Below are positions 1 to 11,699 of a stretch of 64,000 bases of DNA, piece by piece. The notes beneath the pieces are model-generated. The model was not told the origin of the DNA and searched no databases. It was given only the letters and a program-made list of their open reading frames with translations. The translations under genes and the position numbers were made by a program. The number at the start of each line of letters is the position of its first letter. Position 1 is the first letter of the stretch. Origin of the DNA: Welwitschia mirabilis (taxonomy: Eukaryota); contig JBOZIK010000001.1 of NCBI GenBank assembly GCA_051453625.1, positions 1,689,449 through 1,753,448 of the forward strand, in the 5' to 3' direction.

Positions 1-901
1 GGAAAACAGAATTGATAGAGAAGTAGAAGAGAAACCCTAGTTAACATGCTAAGTAAAGTCACAATAAAGAGGTGACAACTTAGAAGTACATTGGGTAAGA
101 GTGATAGAAAATAGTGTCATCTCATGTGTCATCCAAACAGCTGAGAAGACGATGAGGACTGATAATTAAAACTCTAATTCTGCTTCAGTTTATCTACTTG
201 TTAGACTGCACGTGAACTGTTGTCGACTGATTTTTAAGATGTCATCCTCTTATATCATCTGGACGATGAAGTAGACGATGGAAGTTATCTAGAAAGAATT
301 CTATTTGTTGCTCAATTGGGGTTATCGTCTTGACAGTCGTGTGGACGATAGAGGGGACAATAGATTTTTCTTTAACTTTTATCAGTCTGATCTCTTGTTG
401 TTTACAGGAATTGTTATCCAAATGGATACTTATCTGTATCTACATGAATTACTTATAAATTATCTGAGAATTGCATGTTTTCATCTTATTTTCCTTGATT
501 CTCGATTGTTATAGGAACTAAGCGCTTATCTATCAATTCACCTGCAAAACAACTTNNNNNNNNNNNNNNNNNNNNNNNNNNNNNNNNNNNNNNNNNNNNN
601 NNNNNNNNNNNNNNNNNNNNNNNNNNNNNNNNNNNNNNNNNNNNNNNNNNNNNNNAGAGGGGACAATAGATTTTTCTTTAACTTTTATCAGTCTGATCTC
701 TTGTTGTTTGCAGGAATTGTTATCCAAATGGATACTTATCTGTATCTACATGAATTACTTGTAAATTATCTGAGAATTGCATGTTTTCATCTTATGTTCC
801 TTGATTCTCGATTGTTATAGGAACTAAGTGCTTATCTATCAATTCACCTGCAAAACAACTTAAAATACCCTATCAAATACACATAAGTTAGCATCATAAC
901 A
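1..901 (-). mobile_element. LTR fragment of a Gypsy (Athila-like) retrotransposon inserted into a Copia RT gene
   Basis: Non-coding. Ends ...gcatcataaCA at 901 (TGTTATG... on the minus strand), and the Copia RT frame resumes immediately after. GTCATC/GACGATGA-rich composition and terminus resemble the LTR at 59040-60122. Lineage is inferred. Confidence 0.5.
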
Positions 902-2370
902 GTAAGCATATTTTCTTAGTTTTATATGTCAATGACATATGGCTTGTCAGTAATAATATGGACCTAATGAATGAAACCAAAAGATTTCTATCAAAGAACT
1001 TTGAGATGAAATATCTTGAAGAGGCCTCTTTTGTATTAGAAATCCAAATACATCGAGATCATTTTTAGGGTACTCTTGGATTATCGCAAAAGAGCTATAT
1101 TAAAAAGGTTCTTAAATGGTTTAACATGTAGGATTGTAAACCAGGTGATATCCCTGTGGCTAAAGAAGACAATTTTAGTCTTGCTCAATGTCCTAAGAAT
1201 GATTTTGAAGCTAAAGAAATGCAAAAGATCCCTTACGCTTCATCTATAGGGATTCTAATGTATGCGCAAGTTTATACACATCCAGACATATCATACATTA
1301 TTGGGATGTTAGGCAGATATTTAAGCAATCTTGGTTTGTATCATTAGAAAGCAACCAAAAGGATTATGCGGTACTTACAAAGAATAAAGGATTACATTCT
1401 CATATATAAGAGATTAGTTCAGCTTAAGATCATTGGGTATACTGATTCCAATTTTGCTGGATGCCAAGATAGCTTGAAATCCACATCAGGATATATCTAT
1501 ATTCTGGCCGAAGGATTTGTCTCTTAGAAAATTATCAAGCAACCTCTTACGGCAACTTCCACCATGGAAACAGAATTCATATCTTGTTATGAGGCATATA
1601 ATCATGGAAAGTGGCTGTGAAGTTTTGTCATNNNNNNNNNNNNNNNNNNNNNNNNNNNNNNNNNNNNNNNNNNNNNNNNNNNNNNNNNNNNNNNNNNNNN
1701 NNNNNNNNNNNNNNNNNNNNNNNNNNNNNNNNNNNNNNNNNNNNNNNNNNNNNNNNNNNNNNNNNNNNNNNNNNNNNNNNNNNNNNNNNNNNNNNNNNNN
1801 NNNNNNNNNNNNNNNNNNNNNNNNNNNNNNNNNNNNNNNNNNNNNNNNNNNNNNNNNNNNNNNNNNNNNNNNNNNNNNNNNNNNNNNNNNNNNNNNNNNN
1901 NNNNNNNNNNNNNNNNNNNNNNNNNNNNNNNNNNNNNNNNNNNNNNNNNNNNNNNNNNNNNNNNNNNNNNNNNNNNNNNNNNNNNNNNNNNNNNNNNNNN
2001 NNNNNNNNNNNNNNNNNNNNNNNNGGAAACAGAATTCATATCGTGTTATGAGGCATATAATCAAGGAAAGTGGCTGTGAAGTTTGGTCATGGGGCTACGC
2101 ATAGTGAGTGGTATTGAAAGACCACTCAAATTGTTATATGATAATAAGTCAGTAGTGTTATATGCTAATAATAACAAGATCTTGACAAGATCTAAGCACA
2201 TAAATGTTAAGTTCCAAGCTGGGAAGGAAAGAGTTCAGAAAAAGGAATTGTCTTTAGAGCATATTAGTACAAACTTCATGATTATGGATCCACTTATTAA
2301 GGCATTACCACCTAAGGTGTTTCATGAGCACACTACTCACATGAGTGTTATTTCAGTTAAGGATATTTAG
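902..2370 (+). mobile_element. Ty1/Copia reverse transcriptase-RNase H, degenerate (stops, frameshifts)
   Basis: Translates to KHIFLVLYVNDI (YVDD motif), MQKIPYASSIGILMYAQVYTHPDI, IIGYTDSNFAG, YDNKS, SKHINVKF and DPLIKAL...FHEHTTHM. Sequence 1565-1631 recurs at 2025-2090 across the N gap, so the gap is probably spurious. Confidence 0.92.
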
Positions 2371-2796
2371 TTTTAATAGGAGTTTGTAATTTCATTACTT
2401 ATATGACATAAACATATTTTCAGGATATTTCAGTTTTAAGGTTAATTTCTGCAGAAATAAAGTATTTAGTTTGATTATACTCTGATTGTATGAGGTTGAT
2501 CTCACTAAGGTTTAAAGTGGACCAGTTGGAAATAGGCATCTTATGGATCACACTGGATGATATTTCCATGCTACACACCTATACTTGATCCATGTTATTG
2601 GTTATATTGATATATATGACCATTGATGGGTCTTGTTACAGTAATTGTAGCATATATTGCTTTGATCCTATGTCAACATAATTAATGGACTGGATTGGTT
2701 AAAGATGATTACAGCTTTGATAGCATTAATGAGCTCATAAGTTTTTAACATAATATACAATTATAAGGTTCACACATATACATGTGTATTTGATCC

Positions 2797-3164
2797 AAGT
2801 GGGAGATTCTTGGAATAATGGACCTACATACAATGTATATGGGTTTATTATATTATTTGGTTACAATTGTATATTATGTGCTATCATATAATATGGCCCA
2901 AATAAATGTGATCCACTCAAGTTAAGGTTAAGTGGGCATTAAAATTTTCTTGTAGGATATGAATCCATATTTATGTGTAGATACCCAATCGGTTTATTTC
3001 TAATTAATGATGTACTAATTAGAAATAAGGGTTTATAAATGGATATGGTTATGCTCCCAAAGGGGATTCAATGAAGTCGAGTTCTTCCGTCTTCTTGTTC
3101 TAATCTAGATAATTTGATATGAAGGTTAAAGTTTATTATTTGATTATGGAATTTAATTCCTTCA
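2797..3164 (+). mobile_element. Polypurine tract and putative 3' LTR of the Copia element
   Basis: aagtgggagat PPT at 2797-2807, followed by t(c)ttggaataatg (decayed TGTTGG). Candidate LTR end ...ttccttCA near 3164. Confidence 0.55.
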
Positions 3165-4139
3165 CAAAATGCTTTCTAGTAAAGATGCTTTCTTCTAAAT
3201 GATTAAAGATGATACTATAAATTTTATCTCTATGAATCTTACGTACAAGTACAAAAGCTCTAAATAGGACATGACTGGGCATGGATGCTTTACTTGATGT
3301 TTCAAAAGTAAGTAGGTCTTGATTCCTTTAATAACTTAGTGTCCTTCTGTAACTGTAATTTAGACAGGCTTTCAACGTCCGTCAAACCAGTGTCATCCAA
3401 TGACTCTAGCTTTTAATAAGCTATTTCTTTTCCCTTAGCTCTACATGGATATAACTGGGATCCGCTGCTGGCTTCAACTGATATTACTTTTGTGTATTTG
3501 CCGTAAGATTTGGCATGAATACTATCTTTGGATCTTTGGTGGCACCATTAACAACACAGATATAAACTAGATGATTCCTATTACACTTATCATGTATTTA
3601 ATTTCTTTGTTTATTTTTTTCAACACTAGTTGCTTATCTCCAAATGGATCCTCAGAGCTTCACAAGATTTTAAGTTTTTCTGTGAACTTAGAAGACTGAT
3701 GTATAAGGTTGATGCTAATGTTGTTGATCTCAACTGACTAGTTGGAGCAGGGCTATGCAGAGCATCTTTAGGAAAATTATTCTCAAGTGATAAGTTTTTT
3801 GGAAATAAAAGACATGATATTTTTTGGCTGAGAGGCCATACCTAGTCAGTGATATGTATTTTATTCTTAGTTAGGAAAAAGCTTATAAAACATCAAACTT
3901 ACTTAATTTGGAAATGGTAGAGGTAATAAATGTTGAAATAGCAATTTTAATAAATTTTGAAATGGAAAACCTTAATTTCTTTTGAAACATTTAACGTCAT
4001 AATTTTTGAAACGGTAAACCTAATTTTATAAGCCATTTTTACCCTTTAAAAAGGACCAAACAAATACAAACAATCAAAACGCAACCAAAAAGTGAATAAC
4101 ATTGATACATCTTTGCCAACTTATAAATATATATTTATA

Positions 4140-4161
4140 ATATATATATATATATATATAT
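4140..4161. repeat. (TA)n microsatellite
   Basis: Direct reading of the sequence. Confidence 0.9.
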
Positions 4162-4519
4162 CTAAGCTAGTGTATAAAGTTTAAATGTCTTGGTTGTGAA
4201 ATCATTATGGGTTAATACTCTTATTTTTAGGAATCTAGCAACTAAAACCATTCATGACTTTATAAATTCAATAACCGATTATTCTTATTTTTCCTTAATA
4301 AATATCTTTGCTTGAATTACATTTTACCTTGATGATTTTCCTCCTCTCCCCCAGCCTTTAAGTTCAAATTTAATAAAGCCAACATAGGCTTTGGTTTGAA
4401 AGTGATGAGATGGCTCCAATTAGAAATTTTAAGGTTCTAAGTTTGAGATTTTAGGAGAAATCTAAATGTTTGTTTACTTAAGTTTCTTGACTTTAGATAA
4501 CCTTTAATAAATTAAAGAA

Positions 4520-6185
4520 AATTATTCCAAGAATGGCAACATGCTTGATTGTCTTTCTCATTTAATGCTACAAAAATGTAATCGGGAATAGTCATGTCTT
4601 TAACATTTGTATTACAAGAACACAATGAAGAATAAAATCTTATTTGTTTGGAAGTTGATTTATTAAAAATTGTATTGCACTTTCTAGGGACACTTATTTG
4701 CTTAGTTTGGGAGAAACCCACATGAAAAATAGAAACTTAGAAACTAAAAATACAACAATATCAGGTAGAACCCTATATAAAAACTAGAAATTTAAAAAAT
4801 AGGAATATAAAAAATATAAATACAACAATGTAAGGGTAAAAGAAAATTGGAAAAAGCACAAAAAGCAAAAATAAATAAAATAGGGACGATATTTGGAGCA
4901 ACAAAATGATTCAAAACAAGATGGATCCACATTACCATCTTATCAAACTCTAATGTGCAACTAACCATTATGACTAGAGACATGAAAAAAGACAAATACA
5001 AATATGCATTACTTCTAAATAATATTTTTTTCCATCAAATATCGAAATAGGAGTAAGCCTCAAGTCAATAAGCATAAGATAGTACTAAATTAGCACTAAC
5101 AGGTACAATTTCCAAAATACCTATATAGGTGGTCTTCAAAACAATAATCAAACTAAAGCATACATCAGGCGAAACAAATACTTGTAATCCAAAACAAATA
5201 CAAAAATAAAGGAAAATCTATGAAACTCCTACTTGCTTCTAATTATGGATTTAAAATAATAGCCATGACACAACTTAGCATAATCAAAACTCAATACTTC
5301 ATTCCTCAACAAAACCATCCTTACTAGAGGATTTAGTTTAAAGGAATATTCATGATGTTTGAGTTCAAGACAATTTCTTTTCACATGTTTGATTTTCTTA
5401 CTATGTCAGCATCATCAAGATCTTTTTTTTGGCTATTTTATGTTTTCTATTTCTACTAAAATGTTCTTATTCAAATATGAACTACCAATATTAACTAAAT
5501 AGTGAAGTTCTTCAAACAATATAGCAAAAGCCACATCATTAAAATTCAATAAATATATAACACTACTACTCAATCATATCCCTAATTTATTTAGTGATTC
5601 AAATAATAAACTCAAAGAAGTTAATGTTCATTCTTATGATAGCATTTGTAATAACCAAGTTGAACCTTACAAGTAGTGGGTCATGGTTTTATCTCCCTTA
5701 ACTTTAGATTGTATAACTTTCAATGAGGGAATACTTAATTTATTATCATCCTTATGTAGTAAAGATTTGTTAGTTTGTTCCATAACTCAGGCATATATTA
5801 TATGACTTGTACATTTATAAGAATAGTACCATCCAAATACCACTGGAAATTTTCCATCTAGGACCTTATGCATATAAGAAGTGCTTTCTATTGATCTTTT
5901 AAAGATTGTGATTTTAGCCATTAAATTTGTCCATCATAATGGCTATGTTTTCTATCATGCCCAATAGTTTCCAATAAAATGAAAATGTCAGCTCTACAAT
6001 GAAAAATTATCATTGTTAACTCTAAAGGATGGGTAGTCCAAAGTCTAAAAAATATACATATGTTCGGTATTGATTATGCAGACGTCCAAAAAAATTTGAA
6101 TCAATGCCCTTTACTCATAAAACAATGGCTTCATAAACTAATTGTTAACATGAAGAACTCCCTAAACCCTAGTCCTAATACCAAT
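4520..6185 (-). mobile_element. Decayed Copia internal region (gag plus integrase-like scraps) with PBS
   Basis: Minus strand reads MIENIAIMMDKFNG*NHNL*K (Copia gag N-terminus, KFNGxNYxxW type), ELWNKLTNLY and KLYNLKL. A Met-type PBS (tggtattag) at 6175-6183 abuts the LTR. AIQFLINQLP near 4650-4680 is integrase-like. Confidence 0.65.
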
Positions 6186-8436
6186 TATTATGAAAATGTA
6201 ATAAAAACTAGAAATGTAACAGCAAAATAAAAAAGAAGAATGAAAATGGTAAAACTAATTGTAATGTGGTTCATGCATTTTTTACCATACCTCCACAAAA
6301 TAATACAACCCTCCATGGATTAGAATAACTTAATAATACAAGTAATTTTCTATAGATAAGAGGAAATAAAAAACCTCATACCTCTTTCATTAACAATGCC
6401 TTCTTTAAAGACTTATTTTGTTGTTATAATGCTAAAGTAGTCATGATTTTAGAATGACTTAACACCAGATCATATAAATAAACAATAATGATCTACTGAC
6501 ATCATTTAAAAAGGTGATATCTCAAATCAATAAAAATAAATGACAAGAAACATAATTAAAAAGGTAATATTTGGCTCTAGTTTTTGTAATAATTTTCCAC
6601 TTAAAGATGAATCCAAATAGTCTTCAAAAATAAGAACTGCATTTCAAGAAACATAAGGACATAAAATAAGTTAAAACTCCATTATCATCCTATAGAACTT
6701 CTATCTATAGCTAATCATCATGAAAAAATCATGGAAAATAACTAATAAGAATGGGTATCATCCTCTAAGAAATAACTTTTTGATGAGAGATTTAAACTAG
6801 AACAAGATTTCTTAAGTCAATGAATAAAAGATAGTATCCAACTAGCACTAATAGGTTTAGCCTTAGTATGCAACTAGTGTTGATAGATATAGCCTCCAAA
6901 ACACCTATTCATGTGGTATTTAAAATAGTTAGTAAATCAAAATGCACATTAAACAAATAGAAACTTGTACATCAAAGCAAACAGTTAAATAGGAGAAAAA
7001 AACTAAAAATAAAAAGTACACCTTTCAATTGTTTTTAGTCATGGCTCTGAGAGACTAGCTATAACTTAGCTTAGTAGTGTTAAAACTTAATAGAATCTTC
7101 CTTGATAAAACCAACATATCTAGATGATTTAACTTTAAATTACCACATTCAAGTTTAGGGTAGTTTCTTCTCACATGTCCACTTTTCTTAAAATGTTAGC
7201 ATCTTGGAGATCATCTTTTTTACTCCATGTTTTCTCTCATCATTAGAGTCTTCTTACTCATAGAGAAACTACTAGTATTAAGTAAATGAGAAATTTGTTT
7301 CTCCATTGTAACACTATCTACATCATCAAATCTTAAAAAACATATATCATTGCTATTCATTGACATCATAGTCTTCACATGCCTCAAACAATGATTCCAA
7401 AAAAGTCATTTCCTTGTTCTTATAAAATATTTTCATCCCTATGAAAACCATTTGTAAAATAACTAAGTTGGATATTTAGAATTAGTGGGTCATGATTTTA
7501 TTTTCTTTTGGTTTTAAACTATGCAAGTTTTGAAGGACTTGATTTGTCAATAGCTAGCCTAATAGAGATCTGTTAGTTCAATTCATAAGTCATGCTCAAA
7601 TTATGCATCTAACACATGTGTAAGAATAAATTCATCTAGAAATCATTCAAATACTATAAAATAATTATCAAAGCCTTTCAATCCCTTCTCTTCCATTTAC
7701 AAGTGGTAATAAAAGAAGATCTCATAATTGATTACTGAATGAGTAGTTCAAGATCTCACTCAGAGAGTAAGTCCTTGATCTTCTAAAGCTCATAATTTAA
7801 GCCATAAAATTCATCCAATAGAACACTTATCTTCTCCATCATGTATAATAGTTTCCATTTAAATACAAATGTCAAGTATGAAATTAAAACCCCTATCTAT
7901 AAAACTAAATGAGGCAGCTACAAATGTCAAAAAAGATATATAAATGTTTGGTATAAAATTAGACTAGTAGTTAAAACAAAGAACTTCATATTCTTAGGTT
8001 TAATACATGCAGTTATAAAAGTGTAGTAAAAACTAAAAATGTAATATTAAAAGAAAATACTAAAAACAAAAACAAGAAAAAAATCCATAGGAATGAATGT
8101 GGTTTGGGTACCTTTTGTCCTACCTTCAAAAAATATTACAAAAATATATTGGATTAGCAAAAGAATGCAAAGACACAAATCATATTTGATGGGTAAGGAG
8201 GTACCCAAAAATCTCATACCTTTTCTTCCCAATTAATTTTTTCTTTTAAAGATTCATTTAATAGTTAAAATTATAAAGTAATTGTGATTTAATATTAGCT
8301 TAACCTCAACCCACATAAGAAAATCAGTAATTATCATTTACAACATTTAAAAGGATAGAAACTTAAATCAATAAAAATCATTAAAAAAGAAACATAATTA
8401 AAAAAGAAAAGAAGATTTGAATTCCCTTTTCTAACA
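6186..8436 (-). mobile_element. Gag-only non-autonomous Copia element (TR-GAG-like); LTRs at about 6186-6591 and 8010-8436
   Basis: The two ~410-bp segments align co-linearly over their length. A PPT-like tract lies at 6592-6603. The internal 1.4 kb has gag (MMEKISVLLDEFYGLNYEL*K) and a zinc knuckle (RC*HFKKSGHVRRNYP, ~7155-7205) but no recognisable RT, RNase H or integrase core. Confidence 0.7.
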
Positions 8437-9599
8437 CTTTGGGGCTTCTATCATAATATTAATGATCTTTTTTAAAATATTTTAAAAATTGCTCTAGTCC
8501 TTAAAGTGTTCTTCTTCTTCTAGAGCTTCATATTGTAAGAACTGTCTCTTGGGGAACAATTATAAATAATAGGATACCTCGTTCTTACTTATCCCTATTA
8601 TAAGTAAATTGAATTTTTTAGACATGTTATTTTAGAATGTTGGTTAGCTATTTAACTTTAGAAATGGTTATACTCCCGTTAGCCATTGTTTCATTTGCGT
8701 GTTACATATCTTTTCATTAATAGATAATTGTAAACTTTTTGGATATTCATTTTAATTTTTAGGATTGTTGGTTCTTTAGAAAGATTAATGATCTAGTTAT
8801 ATTTTAATGATGCATGCATGATATATGATCTTAGATGTGAGCTTTTTAGCTTGTATTTCATGCAGCTCCATTTATAAGAAGATAAACTATACTAAAACTA
8901 TAATAATTTAAAGAAAGAATGGACTATCAACAAGGTACTCATTACATAATGTCTTAATTACCTCTTGAAGTTTAGAGAAAGTCTTGTAGCTTCTTGTAGA
9001 ACTTGTATCATTTTAAGTAGTAATGTAATAAGGGGAGCTTTATCATGAACACAATGGAAGAGAGTATAGTAGAGGAACCTCTTTTTCTTCTGAGTCCACC
9101 CCCTAACATGGAATAAAAACCTAAGGCTATGATCCTTAATATAGAAGGCTTGAATAATGAGCCTCTATCCTATTTCCTTATTGGTTTTTTTTTTTTGTAA
9201 AAGTGTTGCAAAAAATCCTATTACAACTTCAATAGGCAAGGTCTTTTCTCATTTCCATACATTCCATTACTTTTAGCCTTATTCTCAAATTCAATGCAAG
9301 GCTCACATCTTCCTTTGCTACATGGTGATTTATCATTATAGTATAACATACGTAAATTAAAAGTAAAGGGAACGTTGTTCTTCTATAGGGACCACATATA
9401 TGATTCTCCTTCTATGAGAGTTACTTGCTAAATAAATATTATAGAAATAGAATCTTTAAAGTGAAATTTAATATGATAAAAATGGCAACGGGTTCATTTA
9501 GTAATAACATAGAGCATTAAGAATGTTAAATCAAGTATATAATTAATTCCACGTGTTACAACCAAGTATATAATTAATTCTATATGTTACAACCAATGA

Positions 9600-10560
9600 T
9601 GATTCTAATTATATCTGAAAATTTGTAATAATTACATGATGACCACGATTCATTTCAATGATAATGATTTAATAATATCAAAAATCAAATAGCTTATTAA
9701 ATATGAAATGCATCAAGAACAATAGAAATGAAACATAGAATCATGTAGATAGATATCAACAATAAGAAAAAGCATCAAGGACATAAATCACTATTAAAGA
9801 CCAATCTCTTATTATAAATGAATATCAACAATTACTATAATAATGACTCAAATGTGCAAGATCAATGTATTCTTAACTTGATGTATTAAGTCAACCTCTT
9901 AACTAGAAGGAATTAAGTGACCTCCAAGCATAAATACAAATAGGGATTCAATCAACTATGTCTTCTTTACAAGGATATGGACATTTATATCCCTAGGGTG
10001 TAGGCGTGATATTACTAAAGGGTAGACATTATAAAATAATTTTTCCACTTAAGGAGCATCGATTATTCTATCAAGGTCATATTACAAATATTTATTTTAA
10101 TAAAGTATATTCTTGAATGTTTAATGGGTAATTATGGCTTACAACTTGATATATATTATCCCTTTAACATTTTACTATTATCTTTAATTCATCATCATGC
10201 TAATAAATTGGGATGTAATAGTGCAATCATAATGCTTCTTCATGTAGTTTAAGTTGGTTCCATAGGTTCTGCTTTTGGATAGTTATTAATACATCTAAGT
10301 CAACCTATAAAATGTTATAGAGATATATGTTAACAATATGGATCCTTACAATGATTGCATAAGTGAATATAATTAATATCATTTATAATACACTTATCCA
10401 CCATTTATGAGTTTACTGGTTCAACAATTTGATTTTCTACTTGGTATACTATAAGGTCCTTAGCATACTTAAATCATTTGTTTTGCTGATCATGGTATTT
10501 ATACTCTTGGGGTGAGGTACAATCACTAAAAGTTTGAAATTCCTTCATATTAGGATAATA
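9600..10560 (-). mobile_element. Copia RT remnant with PPT and probable LTR
   Basis: Minus strand gives IVPHPKSINT and KYAKDLI (RT-like pieces). A PPT-like tract (plus strand ttttccacttaa, ~10040-10052) lies next to LTR-like sequence on its left. Confidence 0.45.
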
Positions 10561-11060
10561 AAATATAAATACTTAAGGGGCTAAAGTATATAAAATCATG
10601 TCTTAATAATTTATCTTCACCTATCTTGCCTCTTATTTTCAAGCTCAAAGTTGATGATAAAGCTAGAGTAACTCTCTTAGTTTTTCACTTGCCTTATATC
10701 TATATAATGTCTTTTCTTTGTATATTGAAGTAACCCCTTCTAGTTAAGAAGGAGAGTCCTTGAATAACCCTATTAGATCTCCTTTTAAAGAAAGGTCCAT
10801 TGTTTGGTGTAATTTAGATTTTTGCATTTATATACATCTTGAAACTGATAAAATCCTATATTATATAGGTATTTTTTTATTCTTTTTGTTTTTTATTCTT
10901 ATACATATTACAGTTGGATCTCGTTCTTGTGTATTAGTGGATTTATGTAGATGTAGTTTATTTTTCAATGCTAATACTTTTATCTCCTAAATAAAATATT
11001 TTTTTTATGAGCCTAGCATTCTCTTCCTTTCATGGATGAGTCAAATCCATTGTTACCTTT

Positions 11061-11265
11061 TAGTATATTTCAAGGGGTGATGTAGTTAAAACTTTTAGTA
11101 AATTTAAGTTTTTTTCTAGAAATATAGCCACTATAATTACCCAAATAAATTATTTAATTACATTAAAAGTCTCATAGTATGTGAAGCCAACTATTTAAAG
11201 ATTCAAATCCATAACCTTATAAATGGAATATAGGTGTTTTACTAGTTAGACTATCATCTCTTTGG
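11061..11265 (-). mobile_element. tRNA-derived SINE-like element, copy 1
   Basis: Reverse complement aligns over about 200 bp with 21931-22145 and with 11290-11500. Confidence 0.65.
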
Positions 11266-11289
11266 TACATTTTAGTTGACTTGATTTAT

Positions 11290-11500
11290 TATTAAGAGAA
11301 TGTCAAATTAAAAACTTTAGTGCTCATACCTTTATTTGAAATTCAACCACCATAAAAGTATAGCCGTCATAATGGCCCAAATGAATGATTTCATTATGCT
11401 CAAGGTGCTATAATGTATAAATCAAATCATTTAGAGTTTTAAACCTATGATCTTCTAAATGAAAGATGAGTGTTCCATTAGTTTAGTATTACTCCATTGA
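11290..11500 (-). mobile_element. tRNA-derived SINE-like element, copy 2 (head-to-tail with copy 1)
   Basis: Reverse complement tcaatggagtaatactaaactaatggaacactc...aaatcattcatttgggccattatgacggctatac...ggtatgagcactaaagttt matches the 21931 copy. Confidence 0.7.
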
Positions 11501-11699
11501 TAACTTAATTTATTATAACCAACGTTGTATTGTTCTATCCTATGTATTTTAAACTTTAGTTGCTCTTCTATTATTTAAAGAAAAGTTTATATTTCGTTTT
11601 AATTTGGAGGGGTATAAAACCTTGAATAGCAATTTGATTAATTTTTAGAAACATTGAAAATTTAGTATAAAAATAATATCAATAAGCCTATGATAAGGC

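Noticed and set aside
350..861. Apparent ~205-bp tandem duplication (similar cases at 1565/2025, 20345/20478, 42778/43028, 48093/48229)
   Set aside because: Near-identical overlaps directly flanking assembly gaps; best explained as unmerged contig ends.
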